The notes under the pieces: generated by a model | Told to the model about the DNA's origin: nothing | Databases searched by the model: none | What the model saw: the letters and a program-made list of their open reading frames with translations, nothing else | Program-made: the position numbers and the translations under genes | Part shown: positions 18,216 to 31,079 of the stretch, piece after piece | Layout: every line of letters begins with the position of its first letter | How positions within the stretch are numbered: position 1 is the stretch's first letter | NCBI RefSeq assembly: GCF_009914755.1 | Contig: NC_060934.1 | Source of the DNA: the human T2T-CHM13v2.0 reference genome, Homo sapiens | Direction: 5' to 3' (one strand) | DNA length: 64,000 nt

Positions 18216-19790
18216 CTGATAGTGACTGGAGAATGTGTCTGTGAAAATTCCTGAAGAGTAGCGATCATTTCTTGTTTTCATTTCTGTAGCTTCCATTGCA
18301 TCTAGGTCAACACCTGGTCCATGGCAAGTAATTACTCATTGAGTGAAAGCTCCAAATATGCCAACTCAGGAAGACTCTGTAAAGGATGATAGAACCTAGG
18401 AACACCTGAAAGCAAATGGAAGCCAGTGCTTCAAGAAGAAAAAGTTATATCTGCCTTGCCACTGACCATGTGATTACACTCTGAACTCACCACCACCAAG
18501 CGTAAGAATTAAACTTGGCATTTAAGTCTAGTGGACTACCTCTTCCACAAACAATGTGGTCTTCAACAAGTTTCTCTTCTTGTGTGTAAAATATAGGGTC
18601 AAGGTAGGAATGGGGATTCAGATTAAACACAGGATTGATTTCAGTTAATTCCTGAAGTCTTTTCAGAGCCTTTGCCAGCACTTTGGGAACCTTCACCAAG
18701 ATGCCCCATCTCCACTTCCATCTCTGCTATTCCCACATGCCTCACCTGCTGTGCCCACCAATGTCACATACACCACCTCCAAGCAGTCTCCACAGAAAAG
18801 CCTAGAATCCCTGCTTTCCCACCCACCTCCCAGCTCTCCAAGGAGATCTTCCTTTCATCATCCAAGCAGCCAACCAAAGTGTTGATGCTAATCCGTGAGG
18901 ATCAGATGCAGTGATTCTTACACTTTTGTGTGAAAAAAATCCTCTGAGCATTAAGATGAAAATGCAGCATTCTGGATCTACCCACAGAGGAGGTCTTAGA
19001 AGGAGAAGGGACTCTAGAATCTTCTAACAAACACCCCTAGAAGATTCTGATGCAGATGATCCAAAGATCACTCTTTCAGATGAAGTGATCTAGGTTTTGA
19101 TCCTAGACCACAGGTTCTTCACCTGGCAGTTTATGAATTCCCAAGGGATCTGAGGACCAAATCCAGGTCCTTAGTTAAGTACATGAACTTAAAAAGGGAA
19201 AAATACAGGCATACCTCAGAGATATTGTAGATTCTGTTCCAGACCACTGCAATCAAACTAGTGGTGCAATAAAGTGAGTTATATAAATTTTTTTGTTTCC
19301 CAATGCAAATAAAAGTTATGTTTACACTATATTATAGTCTACTGAGTGTGCCAGAGGATTGTACATCCCATAATTTAAAAATACCTTATTGCTAAAAAAA
19401 AATGCTAATGATCATCTGAGACTTCAGCAAATCATAATCTTTTTGCTGGTAGACGCTTTTGCCTTGACATTGATGGTTCTTTTGACTGATCAAGGTGGTT
19501 GTTGCTGAAGGCTGGCATGGCTGTGGCGATTTCTTAAAAGAAGATGACAATCATGTTTGCCATATCAATTGACTCTTCCTTTCACAAAAGGTTTCTCTGT
19601 AGCATGCAATGCTGGTTGATAGCATTTTACCTACAGTAACTTCCTTCAAAATTGGAGTCAATTCTCCCAAATCCTGCCACTGCTTTGTCAACTAAGTTTA
19701 TGGAATATTTGAAATCCTTTGTTGTCATTTCAACAATGTTCATAGCATCTTCACCAGGAACAGATTTCATCCCAAGAAACCCCTTTCTTT

Positions 19791-20100
19791 CTTTCTTTCT
19801 TTCTTTTTTTTTTTTTTTTTTCTGAGACGGAGTCTTTCTCTGTCGCCCAGGCTGGAGTGCAGTGGTGCGATCTCGGCTTATTGCAACCTCCACCTTCCCA
19901 GGTTCATGCCATTCTCCTGCCTCAGCTTCCCGAGTAGCTGGGACTACGGGCGCCTGCCACCATGCCCGGCTAATTTTTTTGTATTTTTAGTAGAGACGGG
20001 GTTTCACCATGTTAGCCAGGATGGTCTTGATCTCCTGACCTCGTGATCCACCTGCCTCCCAAAGTGCTGGGATTACAAGCATGAGCCACCGCGCCTGGCC
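19791..20100 (-). mobile_element. AluY-like inside Tigger1
   Basis: TSD AAGAAACC(C/A)CTTTCTTT at 19774-90 and 20101-17. Confidence 0.93.
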
Positions 20101-20616
20101 AAGAAACCACTTTCTTTGCCCATCTATAAGAACCAACTTGCCATCCATTCAAGCTCTACCCTCAGATTGCAGCAGTTTAGTCACAGCTCCACTTCTAATT
20201 CCAGTTCTCTTGCTATTTCTACCACATCTACAGTTATTTCCCTCACCAAAGTCTTGAACCTCTCAAAGTAATCCATGAGGCTTGGAATCAGCCTCTCCCA
20301 AACTTCTGTTAATGTTGATATTTTGACCTCCTCCCATGAATCACAAATGTTTTTAACAGCATCTAAAATGGTGAATCCTTTCCAGAAGGTTTTCAATTGA
20401 CTTTGCTCTGATCCATCAGAGGAATCACTATATATTGGCAGCTATAGACTTAGACACTAAGTTTCTTAAATAAGACTTGAAAATGAAAATTACTCCTTGA
20501 TCCATGGGCCGCAGAATGGATACTGTGTTAGCAGGCATGAAAATAACATTAATCTCCTTGTACCTCTTCATAAGAGCTATAGGTGACCGGGTCATTGTTG
20601 ATGAACAGTAATATTT

Positions 20617-20657
<41 letters not shown>

Positions 20658-20673
20658 AGCAGCAGATCTCAAC

Positions 20674-20931
<258 letters not shown>

Positions 20932-21226
20932 TTTAGTAAACCATGCTATAAACAGATGTGCTGTCATCCAGGATTTGTTGTTCCATTTACAGAGCACAGG
21001 CAGAGTAGATTTAGCATAATTCTTAAGGGCCCTAGGATTTTTGGAATGGCAAATGATCTTTGGCTTCAACTTAAAGTCACCAGCTGCATTAGCCCCTAAC
21101 AAGAGATTCAGCCTGTCATTTGAAGCTTTGAAGCCAAGCATTGACTTCTGCTCTCTCATGATCAAAGTCCTCAATGATCTCTTCTTCCAAGACAAGGCTG
21201 TTTTATCTACATTGAAAATCTGCTGT

Positions 21227-21343
21227 GTGAATCCAGGAGGCAGAGGCTACAGTGGGCCAAGATCGTACCATTGCACTCCAGCCTGGGCGACAGGGCGAGA
21301 CTCCGTCTCAAAAAAAAAAAAAAAAAAAAAAAGAAAAGAAAAA
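21227..21343 (+). mobile_element. Severely 5'-truncated Alu with 13-bp TSD GAAAATCTGCTGT
   Basis: TSD at 21214-26 and 21344-56; only the 3' ~85 nt plus the A tail remain. Confidence 0.9.
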
Positions 21344-22357
21344 GAAAATCTGCTGTTTAGTGTAGCCACATTCATCAATTAACTTAGCTTGGTCTTCTGA
21401 ATAACTTAGTGCAGCTTTTGCATAAGCATTTGCTGCTTCGCCTTGCATTTTTTTTTACATTACGGAGATGGCTTCTTTCCTTAAATCTCATGAACCAACC
21501 TCTACTAGCATCCAACTTTTCTTCTGCAGCTTCCTCACCTCTCTCCACCTTCATAGAATTAAAGAGTTAGGGCCTTGCTCTGAATTTGGCTTTGGCTTAA
21601 GAGAATGTTGTGGCTGGTTTGATCTTCTATCCAGACCATTCAAAATTTCTCCATATCTGCAATAAGGCTGTTTTGTTTTCTTGTCATTTGTATGTTCACT
21701 GAAGTAGCACTTTTAATTTCCTTCAACAACTTTCCCTTTGCATTCACAGCTTGGCTAAATGGTGCAAGAGGCCTAGCTTTTAGCCTATCTCAGTTTTGGA
21801 CATGCCTTCCTCACTAAGCTTAGTCCTATTTCTAGCTTTTTATTTAAAGAGAGACACGTGACTCTTCCTTTCACTTCAACACTTACGGGCCATTGTAGGG
21901 TTATTAATTGGCCCAATTTAAATAGTGTTGTGCCTCAGGGAATAGGGAGGTTTGAGGAGGGGAGGGCAGAATGGCCCGTCAGTGGATCAGACAGAACACA
22001 TACAACATTTATCGATTAAGTTCACTGTTTTATATGGGCACAGTTCATAGTACCCCAAAATAATTACAATAGTATTATCAAAGATCACTGATTACAGATC
22101 ACCATAACAGATAGAATAATAATCCAAAAGTTTGAAATAGTACAAGTATTACCAAAATGTGACCCAGAGACATGAACTGAGCACACACTTTTGGAAAAAT
22201 GCCACCAATAGACTTGCTCAATGAAGGGTTGCCACAAACCTTCAATTTGTTAAAAATGCGTTATCTGTGAGGCACAATAAAACAAAGTGTAATAAAATGA
22301 GGTTACCTGTGTATCTTTTTTATTTTTATTAGCTGTAACTAGAAGTTAACATTTTTC

Positions 22358-22742
22358 CTTCTTTCTTTCTTTTTCTTTCCTTCCTTCCTTCTTTCTCTTT
22401 CTTTCTTTACTTTTCTTTCTTTTCCTTTCTTTCTTTCTTTTTCTTTCTTTTTCTTTTTTGACACAGGGTCTCACTTTGTCACCCAGGCTGGAGTGCAGTG
22501 ATCATGGCTCACTGTAGCCTTGACCTCCTGGGCTCTAGTGATCCTTTCACCTCAGCCTCCTGAATACCTGGGACCACAGGTACATGCCACCATGCCCAGC
22601 TAATTTTTTTATTTTTATTTTTTGTACACATGGGATCTTACTAGGTTCCCCAGGCTGGGCCTGAACTCCTGGGCTCAAAGGATCCTCCCACCTCAGCCTC
22701 CCCAAATGCTGGGATTATAGACATGAGCCACTGCACCCTGCC
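22358..22742 (-). mobile_element. AluJ with a (TTTC)n tail
   Basis: Alu consensus. Confidence 0.9.
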
Positions 22743-24099
22743 TAGCATTTCTTCTGAATGTCTTTTGATAAAGGCAATAAACCCAGTAGTATTAGTAGCA
22801 CCTGTGACTCCGCCACCAATAGAAATCATTGATATTGTTAGAGAACATTACTGCTATGGCAGATACCTTGAAATTCTATTTACACTCATCACTGCTTTGA
22901 AATTATGGTTGTTGTTTAGACAGATCTGCTGCTAGATTTTGTCATTTAATCAAATAATAAAGAATTGTGTATATTACCATATCATTATTTTTAAAAATAT
23001 ATTTTTATAATTGTATTTTAATGTCATTGGTTTATTTTGTGATCTATGTATTTTATTTTATACATTTAAAAATATTATTCTGGGGGGGTGTCAATAGGCT
23101 TCACCAGACTGCCAATGGGGCCCTTGGCATGCACACACAAAAAGTTTAAACAGTCCTGCTCTAGGCAGAGCCAGTTACGCCAGGAAACAATTTCTGGCAA
23201 CCCTGCTCTCTATTTTCTTTCTCTTGCTCCTCCCCAGAACCCAACCTTTCAGCCAGGTGGTGGACTGCACCAGAATTACAGAGTTCTCAGGGATAAAGAA
23301 GGAGCCACTCTGGGCATGGACTGTGTCCTGAAAGTGACTTTGGCAAGGGTTAGGAGAGGCTGGGTTCTCCTGCAGCTTGCCTGGGCCTGGACAACTTGTC
23401 CCTTTGTTTTCCCAGTCAAACTGAGCCACTCTTCCTAGTTCAGAATCCACTGTTTAATACAAATATTGATTTGAGGGGTTAAGAAAACCACTCCACAGAT
23501 GAGCAGAAACTTCCTGGAACCATTCACAAAATATTCATCAGAAATAGAAACCCAGAGAGGTGGAGAACTAGGACTGCCCACTCTTGTGCCAGCACCATCA
23601 TCTCTACATGATTTCATATTTACAGGCTGGCCCAAGAATAAATATGGTGGCCATATCATTTTGGAAAGAGAGGCTAAAGAAGTAATGCCAAACAAGCCGG
23701 CCAAATGCCTCCCTTGGCTTAATGGGTGTTTGGGCAGTGCCCACCAATTACAAGTCCCTCCGCTTTATAGACTCCTAAAGTAGCTGCTGAAAGCACTATC
23801 CAGTTTATAAATGAGAAAGAAGCCTGAACACAAGCATCCTGGTGGTTGGGCTGGCAGCTCCTGCTAAGAGTTTATCTTTGCATCCACAGCCGGAAAGGAA
23901 TCGGCATTCCTAGGCTTGTGACTTAAAGAAAATTAATGACTGAGCCAGACACGTCCTGAGGACCCCCTACCCTTGCAGTCCTAACACTCCGGGGCGAGAT
24001 TTCTAGGTTAGGGGGAATGCCCCATCTTCTGGCTTTGGCCAAGCCTGGGATTTCTTAGAAGGTTGCGGGGCCAATCAGCAGCCATAAATCTTAGAGAAC

Positions 24100-24730
24100 C
24101 TTCACCGTTTTACAAGGGAGTTCGCAGGGGCTGCCCTTCTCCCTCACGCGGTCTATTTACAACGCCGAAATCTCCGTGTTAATGGACCTAGGATAATGGT
24201 GTTTACTTTACCGCGATAAAGCGCTGGGCTTCCTGGGGGAGCGGCTGTAAAATGTCCTGGAGGTAGGGATGGAACGGGCGCCGTAAAAGCGGGCGCTGGA
24301 AGGGCGGGGGCACCAGGTTCTCCTTCAGGCCGGCGCCCCCGCCCTCCACCCTCTAGGCCAGGCTGAGCAGCCCAGGCCTGGCGGGCGAGCACCGTTCCCA
24401 CATAAATCACCAGCGCCAGAGTCTCGGGAAAAGGCGCATTTTTCATTGCTGGCTGCAGGGCGACTCCAGACCGCGAACGAGAAGCAGAAGTTGTCTTTAG
24501 ATAAACCGTTCACCGGAGCGCGCGTTGTGGCAGCAGGGTCCGCAGAGCACAGGGCAACCTGGGTCTGGCGCTGCGCCCCCGCCACCGATCACCTCCCAGA
24601 GGCCCCGCAAGAAACCCAGATCCTCTCAAGGGCTGGTACCACGTCCTCCTGCCAGAGAGGAGATAGGGAGCCAAGCGGGAAGGAAAAGGAGAACTTCAGG
24701 GTTTGGAGAGACTGGAGAAGTTGTGCTCGC
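24100..24730. promoter_or_regulatory. CpG-rich candidate distal enhancer
   Basis: High CpG density with FOX, HOX, PBX-HOX and GATA motifs. Confidence 0.6.
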
Positions 24731-25299
24731 GAAGGCAAAACCTCAAAAACCTGAAAGCCTAACTCCACGTTTACCAGCAATGTAATTTCGAGCAAGTGAC
24801 TTTACCCCTCTGAGCTTCAGGAATCTTAAGTTGTAAAACAAAAACTACTACCTTCTTATTCTGTGTTCAAAATTGACGTGAAATCAAATGCAAGTTTTAT
24901 AACCGGACCCAGGAGGTTCCCTGAAGCCCCTGGAATTGTTGGCAAAGGGTCACGCGTATCTGGGGAGAGGATCCCAAGCAAGTGCTCAAACCACAAAACA
25001 GTGAGAACCACCGCCCTAGCTCTGTAGACACACTATATGGCTAGAATCCTGGCTCTACCACTTACTAGCTGTGAGATCTTGCTCAGGTTACCGAAGCCTC
25101 CTGTTTTCTCTTCTGTAAAAAGGGATAATCGTTCCTACGATTATGTGGAGACTAAAAGCACTAGGCACGGTGTCTGGCATGTAGTAAATGCTAAACGATT
25201 AGCTACATTCACGCATCAGCCCCTAGCCCTATAGCAAAGACACTTGTCTCCAAAGTCAAGAATTCCAGGCCTAGTCTTTTCAAACTGAAGGCTGCCAAG

Positions 25300-27720
25300 A
25301 TCTATGAAACCCTACATTGGTCCTGGGCGCCAGTGGGCAACTCGCCCATTGTCAGATGGCGCGCTTTCCACTGCTTTGGATGGGTGCGCGGGTAGCGTTT
25401 TTTTTCCCGGGCTAGCAGTGGGTAAGCGTGTGCGCACCTTGCGCCGGGCGCTGCAGGGAGTCTCCAGCTCCTGGAGGTGCGCACTCGCTGGGCGGCCGCC
25501 CTTTGAAGGCAGCTCTAACCTTGCCGGCCGCCAGGCGCCCGGGGCTTGGCCCTAATCCGGATTTGGAGGCCGAAGCAGTAAGCAGGCCGTCACCGACTGC
25601 GAGGAAATCAAAGCGGCCGCCATCCTGGTAGCTCCCGGTCTTGTTTACTTGTTGACGCGCGCTCACCCAAGCAAGACGACCTCGAGTTTGGTATCCGCCT
25701 AGAGAGAAGAGGGGTAGGGGTCCCGGGAGCAGCCAGCCTCCACCCCGCTGGAGGCCAAGGTTTCCAATTGCGGCTGACAAGTTTCCTTCCCTTCTAAGGT
25801 CAGAGGTCGAGCCTGGGAGAGGCCCCGCTCCCCTTTCCCTCCAGGCCCACCCGGCGCGGTGTCCTGGAGCCCCGTTTCCAGCCGCGCCTTCTTCTCCCCT
25901 CCTAGCTCGTTATCCATTAGTATAATCCTCTGTCCAAACAGTGCAGCCGGGACGGCCAGACGTTTGGTGTAAACAGACCCGGGGGAACAATTCTAACGAT
26001 ATAAATAAAATAACCATTAATAGCGCAAATTGTTCGATGAACCGAGCACCCGGACTCCAGCCTCGCTGGGGTTTGTGTACACAGCGTGGACGCCACGCAT
26101 CCGTCAGGTGAATCTGAGGTTCTTGTCCCGGCCAAAATCTAAACCAGGCGCAGGTGAGGTCCCCTCAAGCGCGTCAAAGGGGACCCGGCTCCTAACACTC
26201 ACAGGCCGCGACACGCACGCGGCTCAGGACAGACGCACACAGCGAGGTCGCCAGGCGGCCGCAGCTCGCATTAACGTAACCGCCGGGGCCCGCCCCAAAC
26301 AGAGTAACCGGGGTGAGCCCGGCTCTTCAAAAACTCTACCCCTCTCCCCGTGGCCAGCCAAGGCCTCAAAGGGCGCCACCTGGTCACATCGGCAGCCTCC
26401 GTGTAAGCAAGGACACAGAGCCCACACCCCAAACGGAAAAAAATCAACCTCCACTTGTCCCGGGCTTCATAATAATAAACTAACATTTATTGGGCGTTTC
26501 TTGTGCCAGGCACCACGCTAAGTGCTTCACAGAGGTAATTTCCTTGAATCCTTAGGCGACCTAAGAGGTAGATGCTTCTAGTATTCCCAGTTCCACAAGT
26601 CAGAAAAGCAGAAACCTCAGAGAGGTTACGGAATTTGCCTGGAGACCCATGGAGACAGAATTTGAATCCACAGCTCTGCGCCAGGAAGTGCACGGTGCCT
26701 CCCCGAGATGCAGCCACTTGCGCAGATTCCGGGGTGCCTGGCTGCCAAGGTCTGAAGCCTAGCTCCAGCGCATTCCCGGCTCCGCCGTGCTGCAGGGGGT
26801 TTGCTTTCCAAGTGGGAAGTTCCTACTTCTCCCTCGGCAGAGTGGTCTAAGAGGTCAGGACAGAGGCAGGAGGGGAGCCTCCTTGGAAAGCCCTGTGACC
26901 TATTCCCAGGGACCCAGCAGTGGGCTCCCAGCGGGCCCTGCTCTGGCGTCGGGGTTGCAGATACCGCCCAGGAGGAGGCGAGCGAGGCCTCCGGGACAAT
27001 AGGTCAACCCTGCGGGGGTCGCGGGGGGAGGCGGGGTCACTTGGAAAAACGCCTCCCTGGGGCCGGATGGCCGTGGAGTCATGGTTCCCGGAGTCTGGCT
27101 GGGGCAGGACGTTGTCTCCAGCCCACCCAGGCGTGGAGCGGAGGCGTCCTGCACCCACTCCTTACTTGCTTCGCGACCTTGGACAAATAATTTTATTTCT
27201 GGGGCCTCAATGTCCAAGGCTCTAACATGGGGCGGGAGGGGCGATGATACTTTTCTCCGAGGGATGTAGCGATCAGAAGAGACCTTTGTGTGGAACGCTT
27301 TGTTCACCGGTGGAAAGTTTATTATCATGATTAGTGTTAACTTGACAGTGGGCACTTCAGAAGGCGGGGACGAGGGCTGGCAGCCCCATACTGAATAGAA
27401 AGCGAAGGACGGAGGTAGGGAGAAAGGAAACTGCTCTGGGGGGCGGAGGTGGGGGTACACGTAGGAGGGAAGGGGAGGGGGCTAGAGGAGGCTCCGCCCC
27501 ACCGTCCGGCAGTGTTTATTTTCAAGGCAGCTTGCAGTCAATCCTGTCACCGGGGCACATTCTTTTCGGGGGCTGTGAACCACCGTCAGGGCTCGGCAGG
27601 AAGATTTGAGGAGGGGGAGGGCTGTCGAGTAGGGAGCAGGAATTCGCAGAGTAGAGAGAACTGCGTCTGGGCAGGCAGTCCCTGCGTGGCGCGGGGGAAG
27701 AGAGGAAGCTGAGTGTTCAA
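25300..27720. promoter_or_regulatory. CpG island cluster ~10 kb upstream of NKX2-3
   Basis: Many CG dinucleotides, GCGGCCGC sites, GC-rich, no Alu. Confidence 0.75.
26480..26690 (-). mobile_element. MIR
   Basis: AACATTTATTGGGCG..TGTGCCAGGCAC..GAAACCTCAGAGAGGTTA..ATTTGAATCC. Confidence 0.7.
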
Positions 27721-30700
27721 GGCAAGGAATTTTAACAACTTTGGGCAATTTACCTCACCCTTCTGAGCCTCAGTTCCCTCCTCTGAAATGGTTATATTAA
27801 TAGGGCCAAAGACAAGAGCTGTTGCAAGAAGCAGAAGCAGTAACAATGGCGGACACTTAGCAAGAGTTTACAGCAGCCTGGAGATGTTCTGGGATCTTCA
27901 TACCCAATGAGACAGCGGACTCTCCCAGCCCAGTAGAAGTCTCTTGACCATGGTCTGCCAGTTTATGTGGGGGCTGGGTGGGGAGGGGAGGCTCTTCACC
28001 TCTGAGCCCATTGGTGCTTGTAGAAAAGCCATGAACAGTAGCTAGTTCTGTCCGTATGGTCATTGGTGGTGGGATTGCTAATGTTATTGTTGTCAGCTGT
28101 ATTATTTCTATTGTTACAGCCACTCACTACCAACCCTAAAAGGTAGCCGCCAGTAACTCCTTTATGGAAAGGAAACAGGCTCAGAGAGGGTAAGTGACTT
28201 GCCTAAAGTCACACAGCAGTTGTGGGGCCAAGCGGAGAGATAAGAAACCAGGCAAATCCAATGGCCAGATGCTGTCACCCACCGCAGAGGTAAAAGGAGA
28301 GAGGGCACAGTTTGGTGCAGGGCAAGGCCTGGGTGAGAGAGGGACACCCACCGCCAGGGCAGGTCCCCAGCAGCTGATTTATTTGCATTCCAGCGGGGAG
28401 GCTAATTGGCCAGATCTTTATCTCAACACGATAACAATGACAGGAGACTTCAGGGATTTGTTTACAGCAGCTAAAAATGATGCATTTGTGGGAGTGGGAA
28501 GCTGGGTTGGAGTGCGGGTTTTGTTTGCGGCTGCTTTAGCTTCAGAGGGTGGGGAGTGGCTACTGGGGGAGTGGGGAGGCTGAGAGGAGGCTGCTGGTCA
28601 TTCTGAGAGTATTTCCTAAAACTAATGATTAAGAATTAGTGTCCTTGTTTGAAGACCCCCAAAAACACAAAATTTGATGGACAATTAAATAATGCTTTTC
28701 TAAGTGGGAAAACAGAGGGCCTGGGAACCCAACTCTCCGCCGATCTCTGCTCAGCTAGAGGAGAGGTTCGGCACCCCTGTGCCTAACAACCGCCCCTCAC
28801 CACGCACACCCCCAGCCGCCACCGCAAGAACCGTTTCTCCTCGCATAGGTGTGGAACGCTCTGTAAGTGCTTTTCTTAATCTTTAAGGCAGGCCTATAAA
28901 GTCCACACCATTATTATCTTCTTTTGTAAGTGAGAAAACAGCCATTTAACAAGGTTGAAAGACTGGCTCAAAGTCACAAGACTACAAAAACAGCAGGACT
29001 CCACACCTAGATCTGGTGGACTACAGGGCCAGTGCTCCAGCCCAAGACAGAGGCATGACTTATGATTATAACTTAGAGAAAGCAACATCTCCCTGGGCCC
29101 CATCCCAAACTCAACCTCCTCATCTATGGACTCTCCTTGCAGAGGAGGGTGTCACCGGGGCAACCTTTGCACATGAATGCTCAGGAGGTCTGTCTACAGC
29201 CATTCACATGCATGCTTACTGACTTACCAGTTGTGGGAGGTATAAGATATTCACATCTGCCTGTGTACATGCTCACTTATGTGGGGGCACAATACATACA
29301 TATATATACATACAGGCCACCATTCTACTATACTAATGTGGAGGGCATGACACATGGAGTTTTTAAAAGTCTAAATTTCAGAATATTTCAATGTAGTTTT
29401 ATTACTTTCAACAACACACACAGTCATTACAATTCTGGTAATAAAATCTATTCCCTCTTCTCTGACTACAGCTTAGACAGGCCCTTATGGAACTACTTTG
29501 TACAAGACTAATTGTAATGATCCCATAAATTGCCTTATAGAAATAGTGCATCTGATAGTCATGGAACTTAATTTTCATCTTGGATCATATAAACATTTCT
29601 CTCCAAATCTCATGTCACTACCAGTAATTCACATTATTGTGGGGCGGGGTGGGTGGGGAAGGAGGGAGGGAATTTAGAATGAGTGTTGGCCAGCCTTGTG
29701 TTAATGACCACATGATCTGAAAGAGCAGAGCCCTAATGTGGAGTCTACATTTATGGGGAGTCCTGAGTGCCTTCTTCCCCATGCCCATCCACATGTGCAC
29801 TCACTAATGTGTTTACACAGGAAAGCACTTTCCTCTTCATTCAAGGAGAAAGACAAGTCTGTAGAAACATTTATATCATGTCTCTATCCACCTACTGGAA
29901 ACCTATATTTCTCAGGAGATGAAACTGCCACCAATCTCAAAAGTATGGCTGCAGCTGGAAGGTAAAAGGTAGAGGGTGGCTGGCTGGCTGCCTGCCATGC
30001 ATCTGGGGAGCCCAGCTCCCAGGGGAGAATGCATGAGACTTAGTCCCCTCTCAGGAGGCCAGTGACTCAGTGGCCCCAACTGGCCCCAGTTAGGGAAAAG
30101 GTAGGAGATTATTGGTGGACCCAGAGCAGCTAGAGTGCTCTGTCCTTGGCTGGTGTGAGAAGCCAGGGACCCCACTCTTTTCTCTTAGATTTGGCCCCTG
30201 CATTTTAAGGCAATCTCTGAAACACCTTCCAGTTGGGGTGATCTCAAGACAATACAACCCCCAGTCTAAAGTGGGACTGTTGGGAAAGAAAGGAAAGTCA
30301 GTTTGCTCTCACCTGTGTGTGGTGCAGTGGGGGTGGGTGTTCCTGGTCTGGGAGCCCCCGTCTGCTCTCAGGGATGCCTGGGGCCCAGGCCTCATGGTCA
30401 CCTCCAGCTCTGCTCTGGTTCTCTTCAGACTGCCACAATAGAAGGAAATGGAGAAGGATCTGCCTGGAGTGGGGATTTCCATGGGGAGGGCAGCCAAGCC
30501 TGCCACCTGGAGCCCCACAGACCAGCTAGGGCCCACTGCTGAGGCCATGGGGGAGTGGGGGCTTGGGAGGTGGGAGAGGTCTTACCAGTTGGAACAGGGC
30601 ACAGAGTAGCTTCCCTTTCACAAGCCCAGGGATGCATGGGCATTTTCCTGAGCAGCCCTGAGGGTCAGAAGCAGAGGGGTGGGATGGGGGAAGGAATGTG

Positions 30701-31079
30701 GGGCTCAGGAGTGGAGTCTTGCTCAGTTAGTCTCACCCCACCTCGGCGAAGCCCTCCTGTGCTGCCCTGATTCCCTTCACATCAAACATCTGCAGGGGCC
30801 ACAATCAAAAAGCCTGAGAGCATCAGAGTGGAGGGGGTAAGAAGGGAGAGAAAAGAGGGGAATGAAACAAGATGAGGGGAAGAGTGAGAAAATGGGCAGG
30901 AGGGAAACAGGTGGGGAGGAGTGGAAACAGTAAGAAAGGAAGCTGAGGAGATGGGGGAGGAGGTGAGGAAGAAAGGAAGTGGGGGAAGGGCAGAAGGGAA
31001 AAGGGGTGGCAGAGTAAAATGGGCTCCGTCAGAGAGGAAGGGGCTACGAGGGGGAAAAGGCTAGCAGTGAGGGAGAGGA

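Noticed and set aside
26373-26386. CTCF-like GCGCCACCTGGTCA (also ~25353 and ~30500)
   Set aside because: Partial matches only; cannot be called without PWM scoring or ChIP data.
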